Origin: Chloroflexota bacterium
GTDB lineage: Bacteria; Chloroflexota; Anaerolineae; Anaerolineales; Anaerolineaceae
DNA length: 64,000 nucleotides
NCBI GenBank assembly: GCA_012522475.1
Contig: JAAYKH010000030.1
Coordinates: 22,063-86,062 of the forward strand
Direction of reading: 5' to 3'
The position numbers and the translations under genes are program-made. Positions 20,193 to 29,881 of this stretch are shown here, in pieces. Under the pieces are notes generated by a model that saw nothing but the letters and a program-made list of their open reading frames with translations, was not told where the DNA came from and ran no database searches. Each line of letters starts with the position of its first letter. The first letter of the stretch is position 1.

Positions 20193-21434
20193 ATGATCAA
20201 ATTCTTGCATTTTGCCGACGCCCACATCGATATGGCTAACTTTGGAAAGCAAGACCCGGAAACCGGCCTTCCGCTGCGGGTGATAGATTTTCTGAACTCC
20301 CTGGATGAAATTGTGGAATCTGCCCTCACCGAAAATGTTGACCTGGTGATATTTGCCGGCGACACCTATAAAGACCGCGCGCCCGCGCCCACCTTTCAAC
20401 GTGAATGGGGGAAACGGATCATGCGCCTCTCGCGGGCGGGTATCCTGACGCTCTTGCTGACCGGAAACCACGATATTTCCCCGGCTACAGGCCGTGCCCA
20501 TGCGATCCAGGAGTTTGACACTTTGGATGTTCCCCACGTGCGCGTGGTGCAACATCCTCAATTCCTCACCCCGGCTGACCTGGAGTACCTGTCAGTTCAG
20601 GTGCTGGCTCTGCCCTGGATTTCTCGCACCTGGATGCTAACCAACCTGAATTTTAGCGGGGTGGAACCTGGACAGGTCAATGCAGCTTTAAATACCCATC
20701 TGTTTGAATTGGTAAATACCTGGTTGGAAGAGGCTGACCCTGAGTTGCCAACCATTCTGACCGCACACGCATCCGTCGAAGGCGCAGCTTACGGTTCAGA
20801 GCGCATGGTCATGTTGACTAAAGATCTGGCTCTGCCATCCGAGCTGGTCAAAAACCCAAGGTTTGATTATGTGGCTCTCGGACACATTCATAAAGCTCAA
20901 AATCTGAATGAAGGTGCCCACCCACCCGTCATTTACCCGGGCTCCATCGAACGGGTTAATTTCGGTGAGGCTGGCGATCGTAAATTCTTCGTCACCGGGC
21001 AAATCAGCAAAGGTAACACACAGATCACCTGGCACGAGCTAAAAAACATCCGCCCCTTTCTCGACATCCATATCCAGCTGGAATCGGATCAGGCCATTAA
21101 CCGCACCCTCCAGGAACACCTCCCCCCATCAGAGGAATTGCTGGGCGCTATCCTGCGCATGGTAATCGAATACCCTCGTGAGTGGGAACCCCTGATCGAC
21201 GAAAATGAATTACGCACCCTGACTGCAGGCGCTTTTGAATTTCATTTGGTAAAACGTCCCCATGTAAAAACCCGAGTCCGCCTGCCAAAAGGGCGGACCG
21301 CCAACCAACTGAGTGTCATCGAACTCTTAGATATCTATTGGGAGACCAGCCAAAGCAACCTGGACGAGGACAAGAAGCAGACCTTAATTGATCTTGCTAA
21401 AACGATTATCGCCGAGGTGGGCAGCGAGGGTTGA
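20193..21434 (+). CDS. sbcD: SbcD/Mre11 family nuclease subunit
   Basis: LHFADAH, IFAGD, TGNHD, LTAH, YVALGHIH, YPGSIERVNFGE. Confidence 0.9.
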   Translation: MIKFLHFADAHIDMANFGKQDPETGLPLRVIDFLNSLDEIVESALTENVDLVIFAGDTYKDRAPAPTFQREWGKRIMRLSRAGILTLLLTGNHDISPATGRAHAIQEFDTLDVPHVRVVQHPQFLTPADLEYLSVQVLALPWISRTWMLTNLNFSGVEPGQVNAALNTHLFELVNTWLEEADPELPTILTAHASVEGAAYGSERMVMLTKDLALPSELVKNPRFDYVALGHIHKAQNLNEGAHPPVIYPGSIERVNFGEAGDRKFFVTGQISKGNTQITWHELKNIRPFLDIHIQLESDQAINRTLQEHLPPSEELLGAILRMVIEYPREWEPLIDENELRTLTAGAFEFHLVKRPHVKTRVRLPKGRTANQLSVIELLDIYWETSQSNLDEDKKQTLIDLAKTIIAEVGSEG

Positions 21435-21471
21435 ATATGGGGTTTGGTGAGTTTAGCCCACCCCAAAAAGC

Positions 21472-21500
21472 TTGACACTTAACCCGCTTTTCCGTATAAT
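21472..21500 (+). promoter_or_regulatory. Consensus sigma70 promoter of tRNA-Asn
   Basis: TTGACA (21472-77), 17-bp spacer, TATAAT (21495-500), 11 bp before the tRNA. Confidence 0.9.
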
Positions 21501-21511
21501 ACTTTACGCCT

Positions 21512-21584
21512 TCCTCGATAGCTCAATTGGCAGAGCGAGCGGCTGTTAACCGTTAGGTTCCAGGTTCGAGTCCTGGTCGAGGAG
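21512..21584 (+). tRNA. trnN: tRNA-Asn (GTT), CCA not encoded
   Basis: Acceptor stem TCCTCGA/TCGAGGA; D-arm GCTC-AATTGGCA-GAGC; anticodon loop CTGTTAA; T-arm CCAGG-TTCGAGT-CCTGG. Confidence 0.97.
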
Positions 21585-22105
21585 CTTTTTCTTTTAATGG
21601 TCATTGAAGAGTTTTTTCAGTTTCTATTTAGAAGGAATTACACAAACACCATATCTGACTGTTTTTTTTATCTATTTTGTGCTATCATTAATTCTGGTAG
21701 AATTACAATACCCGATCAATTTGTTTTGAAAGTTCCTCCACCCCTGGCAACGCCGGCTGGGGGTGATTGTTTTAAGCAAGCCCTGGGATGTGTTTGAATT
21801 CTGCCACAAGGTATAATCATAACAGTCCAATAAATACCTGTTGCCATTATTAAACGCTAGAAGCAGTATCAATGAGGTTTTATTGGATGAAGTCAAATTC
21901 AATACCCGCGCTTTTACTGCAGATGGCAGCCTGGCGGAATGCCCACTGCTGAGGTCATCCTGCCCTTCCATCAATTCATCTTGCAGTTGAACAAGCGCTG
22001 AGCCCGACTGCCTGAAAAGCTGAAGCCACAACCAGCAAACACGCGTAAAGCTGCTGGTGGTAGCAAAGTTAAAATTTGTCGATAGGTTTGGAAAAGGAGA
22101 TCGGC

Positions 22106-22804
22106 TTGAGGGACAATCAGGAGACATTAACCTTGCGTATGCTGATGTTGCTGCTGGTATTTGTGATCGGGATGCCTTTGCTGCCTTTGCTGATCTCCTG
22201 GCGTTGGAACTGGTGGGAAGCCTGGGTCAGCGCAGCTATCGCCATCTTCGGCTTTGCCATCAGCCGTTACCTGGCCAGTCGGCGCCATCCGGATTTGCTG
22301 GTTGAGCGCGGGCAATACCTGGAGAACCCCAACCCGGAGCCCTGGGATAAATATCTCTCGCCATTATCATCCTTAGGCGGGGCGTTAATCCCGCTGGTCG
22401 CTGGTCTGGATATGCGTTTTGGCCCATCGGCGCAGTTTGGGTTGGCGTTAAAGATCATCGCCATCCTGCTCATGCTGTCCGGTTATGCGCTGGGCGCCTA
22501 TGCGCTCATCACCAACCGCTATTTCTCCGGGATGGTTCGCATTCAAACCGAACGAGAGCACCACGTGATCAACACAGGCCCCTACCGGTGGGTGCGCCAC
22601 CCCGGATATGCTGGCGCGCTCATCAGCAACTTCGCCGCACCCTTCCTTTTAGGATCCTGGTGGTCTTTGCTGCCGGCCTTATTATTATTGGGGATCATTT
22701 TCTTGCGAACCTCCCTGGAAGATCGATTTCTGCAAGAGAAACTGGCCGGCTACCAGGAATATTCACACAAGGTCCGCTATCGTTTAATTCCAGGAATCTG
22801 GTGA
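22106..22804 (+). CDS. Isoprenylcysteine carboxyl methyltransferase (ICMT/PEMT) family membrane protein
   Basis: NRYFSGMVRIQ...HHVINTGPYRWVRHPGYAG...RTSLEDRFL...Y. TTG start placed after the AAGGAG RBS. Confidence 0.88.
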   Translation: MRDNQETLTLRMLMLLLVFVIGMPLLPLLISWRWNWWEAWVSAAIAIFGFAISRYLASRRHPDLLVERGQYLENPNPEPWDKYLSPLSSLGGALIPLVAGLDMRFGPSAQFGLALKIIAILLMLSGYALGAYALITNRYFSGMVRIQTEREHHVINTGPYRWVRHPGYAGALISNFAAPFLLGSWWSLLPALLLLGIIFLRTSLEDRFLQEKLAGYQEYSHKVRYRLIPGIW

Positions 22805-22873
22805 GATAGAAAAGGTCAATATGGGCGCATATTTTATAACTGAACACCAAGCCATTTTAAAATACGGCTAAGG

Positions 22874-23389
22874 ATGAAACGAATGATCAATGCTTTTCTC
22901 TTCTGGTTGTGGCGGGTTCTTCCTTTCCCGGGTTTTATCCGGGAAGGGATTATCTGGTTTCTTAATCCGAAGTACCTGGTTGCTGTCGATGCTTTAATCG
23001 TTAACGACGATAACGCTTGTTTACTGTTCAATCACCCCTATCGACAAAAATACACCTGGGGACTTCCCGGCGGTTATTTAAAAAGGGGCGAACATCCAGA
23101 AAACGCCATTAAAAGAGAAGTCTTCGAAGAGTCGGGGTTGGATATCCACGTTATCAGGTTGATCGATGTGGATATGAAAGAGAGTCATCCCCGGATCACA
23201 CTGGTGTATTCAGAAGAAATCGTCGGGGAATTAAAATTCACACCCTCCCCAGAGGTGTCTGAAATTAGCTATTTCCCGATTGATCAATTGCCAGGCTTAT
23301 TTCCCAATCAGAGAGCGCTTATTCACAAACATTGCTACCAGGTAGATGCTACAACGACAAAGGCGCCCCACGGAGCGCCTTTACTCTGA
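22874..23389 (+). CDS. NUDIX hydrolase
   Basis: Nudix box PGGYLKRGEHPENAIKREVFEESG. Confidence 0.9.
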   Translation: MKRMINAFLFWLWRVLPFPGFIREGIIWFLNPKYLVAVDALIVNDDNACLLFNHPYRQKYTWGLPGGYLKRGEHPENAIKREVFEESGLDIHVIRLIDVDMKESHPRITLVYSEEIVGELKFTPSPEVSEISYFPIDQLPGLFPNQRALIHKHCYQVDATTTKAPHGAPLL

Positions 23390-23414
23390 ATTACACCGGT
23401 TGTATTGATCAGTT

Positions 23415-24419
23415 TTACGGCATTTTATTATCGAAGGATTGCAGGGCCTTCATGTAATTCGCACGTTCGAAAACGGCCGGATTTTCCACATGTTTTTGGC
23501 TCATGCTGCCGCGCATGCGCTCAACTGAGATGTGATCATAGGCACTCATCCAATTCTCCATCTCTGCCAGCATCTCTCTTGCTCTGCCCAGGCCATTTGC
23601 CACAAACTCCGATGCCACCATGGCTACATTGGCACCAACCATAACAGCTTTGACCAGATCGACACCGGTATGGACGCCCGACGTCAGCGCCAGATCTGCT
23701 TTCACCCGTCCATAAAGGATGGCTGTCCAGCGCAGCGGCAATAATAATTCCACCGATGTAGAAAGATTCAGTGTAGGGTCAACTTCCATCTCTTCGATGT
23801 CAATATCGGGTTGAATGAAGCGATTAAAGAGCACCAGGCCCTGTGCTCCAGCACCAACAAGGCGCTGTGCCAGGTTTGGAAGTGCCGTGTAAAAGGGGCT
23901 CAATTTAACGGAAACGGGGACTTCAACATGTGCATACACTGCCTTCACCAGGTCAATCAGGTTATCTTCCAACTCACTGGCGCTCACCTCCGGGCTGGTT
24001 GGCAAATAATAGATATTTAACTCCAGGGCGTCCGCGCCAGCTTGAGCCATCTTTTGCGCGTATTCCACCCAGCCAGAATTGGATACGCCATTCAAACTGG
24101 CAATAATGGGAATTTCCACCGCTTCTTTATATTTTCGAATCTTTTCCAGGTATTCATCTGGGCCGACATTGTAACGATCAAGGGCAGGAAAATAGCTCAG
24201 TGACTCAGCATAACGTTCTGTGCCATGTTCCATAAAATAATTAAAGGCCAGGCTGTCATGGGTGATCTGCTCTTCAAACAACGAATACATGACGACCGCG
24301 CTGATCCCTGCATGTTCCATTTTCTTAACCGTGCTCAGTTTTTTCGAAAACGCAGAAGCCGCCGCCACAAGAGGATTCTTGAGCTCGAGTCCTAAATAAT
24401 GTGTTTTCAAGTCCGTCAT
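23415..24419 (-). CDS. Dihydroorotate dehydrogenase-like FMN protein (PFOR-associated type)
   Basis: LKNPLVAAAS, PIIASLNG, ELN, VSVKLSP, GLVLFNRF, SGVHTG; lacks the ELNxSCP cysteine. Confidence 0.85.
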   Translation of the reverse strand: MTDLKTHYLGLELKNPLVAAASAFSKKLSTVKKMEHAGISAVVMYSLFEEQITHDSLAFNYFMEHGTERYAESLSYFPALDRYNVGPDEYLEKIRKYKEAVEIPIIASLNGVSNSGWVEYAQKMAQAGADALELNIYYLPTSPEVSASELEDNLIDLVKAVYAHVEVPVSVKLSPFYTALPNLAQRLVGAGAQGLVLFNRFIQPDIDIEEMEVDPTLNLSTSVELLLPLRWTAILYGRVKADLALTSGVHTGVDLVKAVMVGANVAMVASEFVANGLGRAREMLAEMENWMSAYDHISVERMRGSMSQKHVENPAVFERANYMKALQSFDNKMP

Positions 24420-24461
24420 CAGTCCTCCAATTCGTATTAAGTGTAACGTGTCAAATTAACC

Positions 24462-24495
24462 ATAAATGGTGATGAGCATGCTCATCACCATTTAT
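24462..24495. repeat. 34-bp perfect palindrome between nifJ and the DHOD-like gene
   Basis: ATAAATGGTGATGAGCATGCTCATCACCATTTAT equals its own reverse complement. Confidence 0.97.
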
Positions 24496-24530
24496 TATAC
24501 TGTTTTTAACGATCAAACGGTTAGAAGCGC

Positions 24531-27500
24531 TTATTCTTCAGCTTCAGGCTCGGGTTTTTGGTAATGCATATCCGCCATTTGCTGGTAAAGGGTCCAGCGG
24601 CTGGCTGCATCCTGCTTGGCCTTCTCCATCAGCATTTCTGCGCGTGCCTCATTGCTCTGCAGGAGCATGCGGAAACGGGTTTCGTTATAAGCATAATCTT
24701 CCACCGGTATGGTGGGCTCTTTAGCGTCGATTGTCAATGGGTTTTTGCCTTCAGCACCCAATTCCGGGTTGTAGCGGTACAGAGGCCATACACCAGATTT
24801 TACAGCCAGTTCTTGCTGCTGAAGTCCCAGTCGCATATCGATGCCATGGGCAATACAGTGGCTGTAGGCAATGATTAACGACGGTCCTTCGTAGGCCTCA
24901 GCTTCCCGGATGGCTTGCAGGGTCTGGCGATCGTTAGCGCCCATAGCAATGCGAGCTACGTAAGTATATCCATAAGACATCGCCATCATGCCTAAATCTT
25001 TCTTGGGGAGGTTCTTACCGTCCGCGGCAAACTTGGCCACGGCTGCCCTGGGTGTTGCCTTGGAGGACTGACCGCCAGTGTTGGAATAAACTTCAGTATC
25101 CAGTACGAGGATATTAACATCTCGACCAGAAGCCAAAACATGGTCCAAACCACCGTAGCCGATATCATAAGCCCAGCCATCACCACCAAAGATCCACACA
25201 CTCTTACGGACCAGATAATCAGCAATGGGAAGCAAGTTGCGGGCTTCAGGCAGATCCAGTTTTTCTAATTTTGCCTTGAGTTGTTCAACACGTTCGCGCT
25301 GAGCTTCCAGTTCTTCTTCTGTTTTCTGGCTGGCATTCAGGATGGATTCGGCCAGATCGCGGCCAACCTGATCGGCCAATTTTTCCAGCAGCTCACTTCC
25401 GTATTCAACCAATTTATCGATCGTCAGGCGCATGCCCAAACCAAATTCGGCGTTGTCCTCAAACAACGAGTTCGACCAGGCCGGCCCGCGTCCATCAGTA
25501 TTGACGGCATAAGGCGTGGTTGGTAAGTTGGCGCCATAAATAGATGAACAGCCCGTAGCATTTGCAACCACCATGCGATCGCCAAACAATTGCGTCACCA
25601 GGCGGATGTAAGGTGTTTCACCACATCCTGCACAAGCGCCCGAGAACTCGAACAGGGGTTGCAAAAGCTGCGAGTTCTTAACAGTGTGTGCTGAAAAACT
25701 CTTACGATCGGGATAGGGAATCGAACTAAAGAAGTCCCAATTCTCAGCTTCCTGCTCTCGCAATGGCGGCTGGGGTGTCATATTGATCGCCTTACGGCTG
25801 GGGTTTTCTTTATCTTTAGCGGGGCAGTTTTCCACGCACAATCCACAGCCAGTGCAGTCTTCCGGGGCCACCTGGACGGTGAAAGCCCATCCATCCCTGA
25901 ATTCTCTGAATTTGGCATTGGTATGTTTGAAAGTTTCTGGTGCCTCGCCCAGGTAAGAATCTTCGTAGACCTTCGTACGAATGGCAGCATGCGGGCAGAC
26001 AAAGGCACATTTGCCGCACTGGATACAAAGATCAGGTTCCCACACCGGGATTTCGAGCGCCACATTGCGTTTTTCCCATTGAGTGGTGGCAGTGGGGAAG
26101 GTGCCGTCGACAGGCATTTCGCTGACGCGCACATTGTCGCCATCACGATCGATGATCTTACCGAGCACCTCGCGCACATACTCTGGCGCTTCTGCCGGTA
26201 CAGGGGGTTTCATGGGAATGGTGCTGGTGACCTTGTTGGGAATGTCAACCTTGAACATATGCTCCAGGGCACTATCTACAGCCGCAAAGTTTTGCTTAAT
26301 AACCGCTTCGCCGCGTTTTCCATAGGTCTCTTCGATGGACTTCTTGATCTGATCAATGGCCTGCTCCCTGGGGAGGATACCGCTGATTGCAAAGAAACAG
26401 GTCTGCATGATGGTATTGATACGCTGACCCATATTGGTCTTGTTAGCAACTTCGTAAGCGTCGATGATGTAGAATTGTAGATCCTTTTCAATCAAGGCTT
26501 CCTGAACCTTGGTCGGCAGGTGATCCCAGATCTCGTCCGGGCCATACAGGCTGTTGAGCAGGAAGATCCCTTTGGGTCGCAAGTATTTAAGCATGTCAAA
26601 TTTCTCAAGGAAACTAAATTGATGACATGCCAGAAAACTGGCTTCATTTTCAGCAATCAGGTAAGGTGCTCGAATCGGCCTTGGTCCAAAGCGGAGATGC
26701 GAAACAGTGACTGCGCCCGATTTCTTAGAATCGTACTGGAAGTACCCCTGAGCAAAGTTTTCGGTCTCTTCACCAATAATTTTGATGGAGTTTTTGTTAG
26801 CACTGACGGTGCCATCTGCGCCAAGCCCGAAGAACATTGCCTGGATTACATCTTTTCCTAAAATTTCGTAAGTGGGGTCCCAATCCAGGCTGGTGTGGGT
26901 AACATCGTCAATAATGCCAACGGTGAAGTGATTCTTTGGTGCCTCTTTACCCATCTCGTTGTAAATACCTTTGACCATCGCCGGAGTGAATTCTTTGGAA
27001 GAAAGACCATACCGACCACCGATGACCTTGGGCAGGGTTTCAAAAGGCGCAATTCCCGTTTCGAAGCCCTCTTTAACAGCATTCACCACGTCCAGGTAAA
27101 GCGGTTCGCCGCCTGCCCCGGGTTCCTTGGTCCGATCGAGCACGGCGATCACTTTCACTGTGCTGGGGAGCGCTTCCATCAGGTGCTTTGTTGAGAAGGG
27201 ACGATAAAGCCTAACAGCAACGACGCCAACCTTCTCACCCGCTTCAATCAGCATATTGGCGGTCTCTTCCACAGTTTCAACACCGGAGGCCATCACCACG
27301 ATCACGCTTTCAGCATCAGGGGCGCCCACATAGTCAAACAGGTGGTAAGAACGTCCAACTCGCTCGGCAAATTGGTCCATCACCTCCTGAACAATGTCGG
27401 GGGTTTTTTCGTAAAATGGATTGACCGTTTCACGCCCCTGGAAGAACACGTCGGGGTTCTGGGCCGTGCCGCGAAGCACCGGGCGGTCAGGTGTCAGGGC

Positions 27501-28124
27501 ACGTGCACGATGCTGAGCAACCAGCTCATCATCAATCAATGCCCGCAGATCATCTTCATCCAGACGTTCAATTTTGTTGATCTCGTGGGAGCTTCGGAAA
27601 CCATCAAAAAAGTGCAGGAAGGGTACCCGGCTACGCAGGGTAGCTGCCTGGGCGATCAACGTCATATCCTGTGCCTGCTGTACAGAATCGCTGGACAGCA
27701 GCGCAAACCCTGTTGCGCGTACCGCGGTGATATCAGAATGGTCACCAAAGATCGACAGCGCCTGTGCAGCTATTGAACGTGCCGAAACATTAAACACCGT
27801 TGATGTCAGCTCGCCGGCGATTTTATACATATTGGGAATCATCAAAAGCAAACCCTGAGAGGCCGTGAAGGTGGTGGTTAAACCACCTGCTTGCAGTGCA
27901 CCGTGCACCGCACCTGCAGCACCGCCTTCAGACTGCATTTCTGTCACATTCGGGACAGTTCCCCAAATGTTCTTAATGCCTTCAGCAGCCCATTCATCGG
28001 CAAATTCGCCCATGCCAGATGAAGGTGTGATAGGGTAGATCGCAATGATTTCGTTCAGTCGATACGCAACCCAAGCCGCAGCTTCATTGGCATCTGTCAT
28101 TATCATTTGACGTGTCATAAACAA
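24531..28124 (-). CDS. nifJ: Pyruvate:ferredoxin/flavodoxin oxidoreductase (homodimeric type)
   Basis: YPITPSS, EMQSEGGAAG, TTFTASQGLLLMIPN, two CxxCxxC ferredoxin motifs, FEFSGACAGCGE, GGDGWAYDIG TPP motif. Confidence 0.97.
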   Translation of the reverse strand: MFMTRQMIMTDANEAAAWVAYRLNEIIAIYPITPSSGMGEFADEWAAEGIKNIWGTVPNVTEMQSEGGAAGAVHGALQAGGLTTTFTASQGLLLMIPNMYKIAGELTSTVFNVSARSIAAQALSIFGDHSDITAVRATGFALLSSDSVQQAQDMTLIAQAATLRSRVPFLHFFDGFRSSHEINKIERLDEDDLRALIDDELVAQHRARALTPDRPVLRGTAQNPDVFFQGRETVNPFYEKTPDIVQEVMDQFAERVGRSYHLFDYVGAPDAESVIVVMASGVETVEETANMLIEAGEKVGVVAVRLYRPFSTKHLMEALPSTVKVIAVLDRTKEPGAGGEPLYLDVVNAVKEGFETGIAPFETLPKVIGGRYGLSSKEFTPAMVKGIYNEMGKEAPKNHFTVGIIDDVTHTSLDWDPTYEILGKDVIQAMFFGLGADGTVSANKNSIKIIGEETENFAQGYFQYDSKKSGAVTVSHLRFGPRPIRAPYLIAENEASFLACHQFSFLEKFDMLKYLRPKGIFLLNSLYGPDEIWDHLPTKVQEALIEKDLQFYIIDAYEVANKTNMGQRINTIMQTCFFAISGILPREQAIDQIKKSIEETYGKRGEAVIKQNFAAVDSALEHMFKVDIPNKVTSTIPMKPPVPAEAPEYVREVLGKIIDRDGDNVRVSEMPVDGTFPTATTQWEKRNVALEIPVWEPDLCIQCGKCAFVCPHAAIRTKVYEDSYLGEAPETFKHTNAKFREFRDGWAFTVQVAPEDCTGCGLCVENCPAKDKENPSRKAINMTPQPPLREQEAENWDFFSSIPYPDRKSFSAHTVKNSQLLQPLFEFSGACAGCGETPYIRLVTQLFGDRMVVANATGCSSIYGANLPTTPYAVNTDGRGPAWSNSLFEDNAEFGLGMRLTIDKLVEYGSELLEKLADQVGRDLAESILNASQKTEEELEAQRERVEQLKAKLEKLDLPEARNLLPIADYLVRKSVWIFGGDGWAYDIGYGGLDHVLASGRDVNILVLDTEVYSNTGGQSSKATPRAAVAKFAADGKNLPKKDLGMMAMSYGYTYVARIAMGANDRQTLQAIREAEAYEGPSLIIAYSHCIAHGIDMRLGLQQQELAVKSGVWPLYRYNPELGAEGKNPLTIDAKEPTIPVEDYAYNETRFRMLLQSNEARAEMLMEKAKQDAASRWTLYQQMADMHYQKPEPEAEE

Positions 28125-28341
28125 TTCTCCTTTAGAATGTTTTTAATTCTTTGTCTGTTTTCAAAACCCCGGGATCCTCCCGGAATGCTTAGTTACACAC
28201 AAGCAACGTTTGGTTTAATCCAAGTGTTAAGTATAACCGGTTTGCAAAACTTGATGATGTAATATCCTTCACATTTCGCGTTGTAACCTGTCACATTCAT
28301 CATCCGGAAAACGATTGTCAAACTATTTTAGCGCTGGGTCT

Positions 28342-28899
28342 TTAAAAATCAGTTGTGTTTAGTTGCCCGGGGTTGATAAACGGCATGGCCATTAAAAGTG
28401 CGGCCAGCGTTTTTCCATCCTGGATTTCTCCCGCAAGCGCTTTTTCAAAGGTCATTTCTACGGACATAGTGATCAGATTCAAAAATTCATCTTCATCCGG
28501 TTCCAGAGGCGAAAGAAAGAGGTCTCTGGCCAGAAAAATATACATATATTCATCGGTATATCCGGGCGCCAAATAAAAGCCACCCAAGGGGATGATGCTT
28601 TGCGCATCCATGCCGATTTCTTCGCGGATTTCTCGGCGGGCAGTTTCCAGGGGGGCTTCACCTTCTTCCAGCACGCCTGCCGGCAGTTCAAGCAACAGGG
28701 CATCCGCACCGACCCGGTGTTGCGTCACAAAGTAAACCTGGCCTTTTGCATCAACGGGAACAACTGTCACCGAATCGCCATGCTCTACCAATTCGTAGTT
28801 GCGTTCACGTCCGTCGGGCAAACGCACATGGACTTTTGAAATATCAAAAATTGGCCCAGAATACACTTTTTCTCTATAAAGTGAGTGATGGTTCATCAT
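28342..28899 (-). CDS. ADP-ribose pyrophosphatase-type NUDIX hydrolase
   Basis: ELPAGVLEEGEAPLETARREIREEIG; PDEDEFL; IQDGKT. Confidence 0.88.
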   Translation of the reverse strand: MMNHHSLYREKVYSGPIFDISKVHVRLPDGRERNYELVEHGDSVTVVPVDAKGQVYFVTQHRVGADALLLELPAGVLEEGEAPLETARREIREEIGMDAQSIIPLGGFYLAPGYTDEYMYIFLARDLFLSPLEPDEDEFLNLITMSVEMTFEKALAGEIQDGKTLAALLMAMPFINPGQLNTTDF

Positions 28900-29023
28900 C
28901 CTCCTCAGAACGTTAATCGTCAGGCCGAATTATGATAAGCCGACAGAAAGATCGCTGCGTTTTAACAAATCTGAATCGCAGCGATTAAATCTCGTGATTA
29001 TCTTTTATAACGGCACCGCGAGA

Positions 29024-29632
29024 TCATGGAATCTCAAGGGTCTGCCCTGTGGACAGCGAATAAGGTTCTTCCAACTGGTTGATAGCGATAATCGCCTCAG
29101 GCGAGACCGAACCATAAAAACAAGCGATGGAGTAGATGGTCTCACCTGCCCTGACGGTATGTGTGGTTGGGTGGGGCTGCAGCGAACGAGTACCTTCGCC
29201 CCAGGTGCCGGTCTGTGGGATCTTCAGGGTGGTACCCGGTTCTAAAAGTGTGTTGGGACTCAGGTTATTCAAGCTTAACAAATCTGCCGGGTCAACGTCA
29301 AAACGGCGGGCAATGCAGAACGGAAACTCACCTTCCTGAAGCGTATATTCCGCAGGGCGGGTTAATGTTGGCACCATAATCGTCGGCGTTGGTGCCTCCG
29401 TAGGTTCAAAGAAGTCCTCAATCAATTCCTCTTCCAGCTGACTGCCGGGTCCCTCCGTTCCCAAAAGCCCTCCGGCTATGCCCTCTGATGGACTGGTGAC
29501 GATGACGATCGGTGTGGTCCTCACGCCATCTTCAGGGATTTCGGGGGCTTTTGAGGCGGGCAGTTTGCAACCCATCAGCACCAAAGTCAACAGGGTCATA
29601 CTTATGAAAATTGCAATCATCTTCTTCTGCAT
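29024..29632 (-). CDS. Lipoprotein with two LysM domains
   Basis: Lipobox LVLMGC; YTLQEGE..FCIARRF..L..LN and HTVRAGETIYSIA..IN LysM repeats. Confidence 0.9.
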   Translation of the reverse strand: MQKKMIAIFISMTLLTLVLMGCKLPASKAPEIPEDGVRTTPIVIVTSPSEGIAGGLLGTEGPGSQLEEELIEDFFEPTEAPTPTIMVPTLTRPAEYTLQEGEFPFCIARRFDVDPADLLSLNNLSPNTLLEPGTTLKIPQTGTWGEGTRSLQPHPTTHTVRAGETIYSIACFYGSVSPEAIIAINQLEEPYSLSTGQTLEIP

Positions 29633-29881
29633 GAGAACATCTCCTTTTCAGGTAAATGTTAAATGAAAGGATAATAATTATCTGAATAACCTGATAATAC
29701 GATGGTAGCATAAACTTTTTTAAGCGTCAAGCATATCGCGTTAAGCAGCGCTTGTGATTAATAATTTACCGGATGTTACTGGCTAAAAACAAGGGGAAAA
29801 TCTGGATAAACTAAAAATAATACGTTCTGTTAAGAAATATTTTACTTTTTCAGGATATGATCATAGAAAAAAGATTAGACG

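Noticed and set aside
20193-21434. sbcD without adjacent sbcC as a defence-type nuclease
   Set aside because: The sequence is a typical housekeeping SbcD; sbcC may simply lie elsewhere.
21597-22075. Possible small ORFs or a gene remnant between tRNA-Asn and the ICMT gene
   Set aside because: No frame has a convincing start/RBS or recognisable homology; only a local GC hairpin near 21737-21770.
21585-23400. tRNA-Asn as an integration site for an island (AT-rich spacer, ICMT, NUDIX)
   Set aside because: I saw no integrase, no duplicated tRNA 3' end (attR) and no mobile genes.
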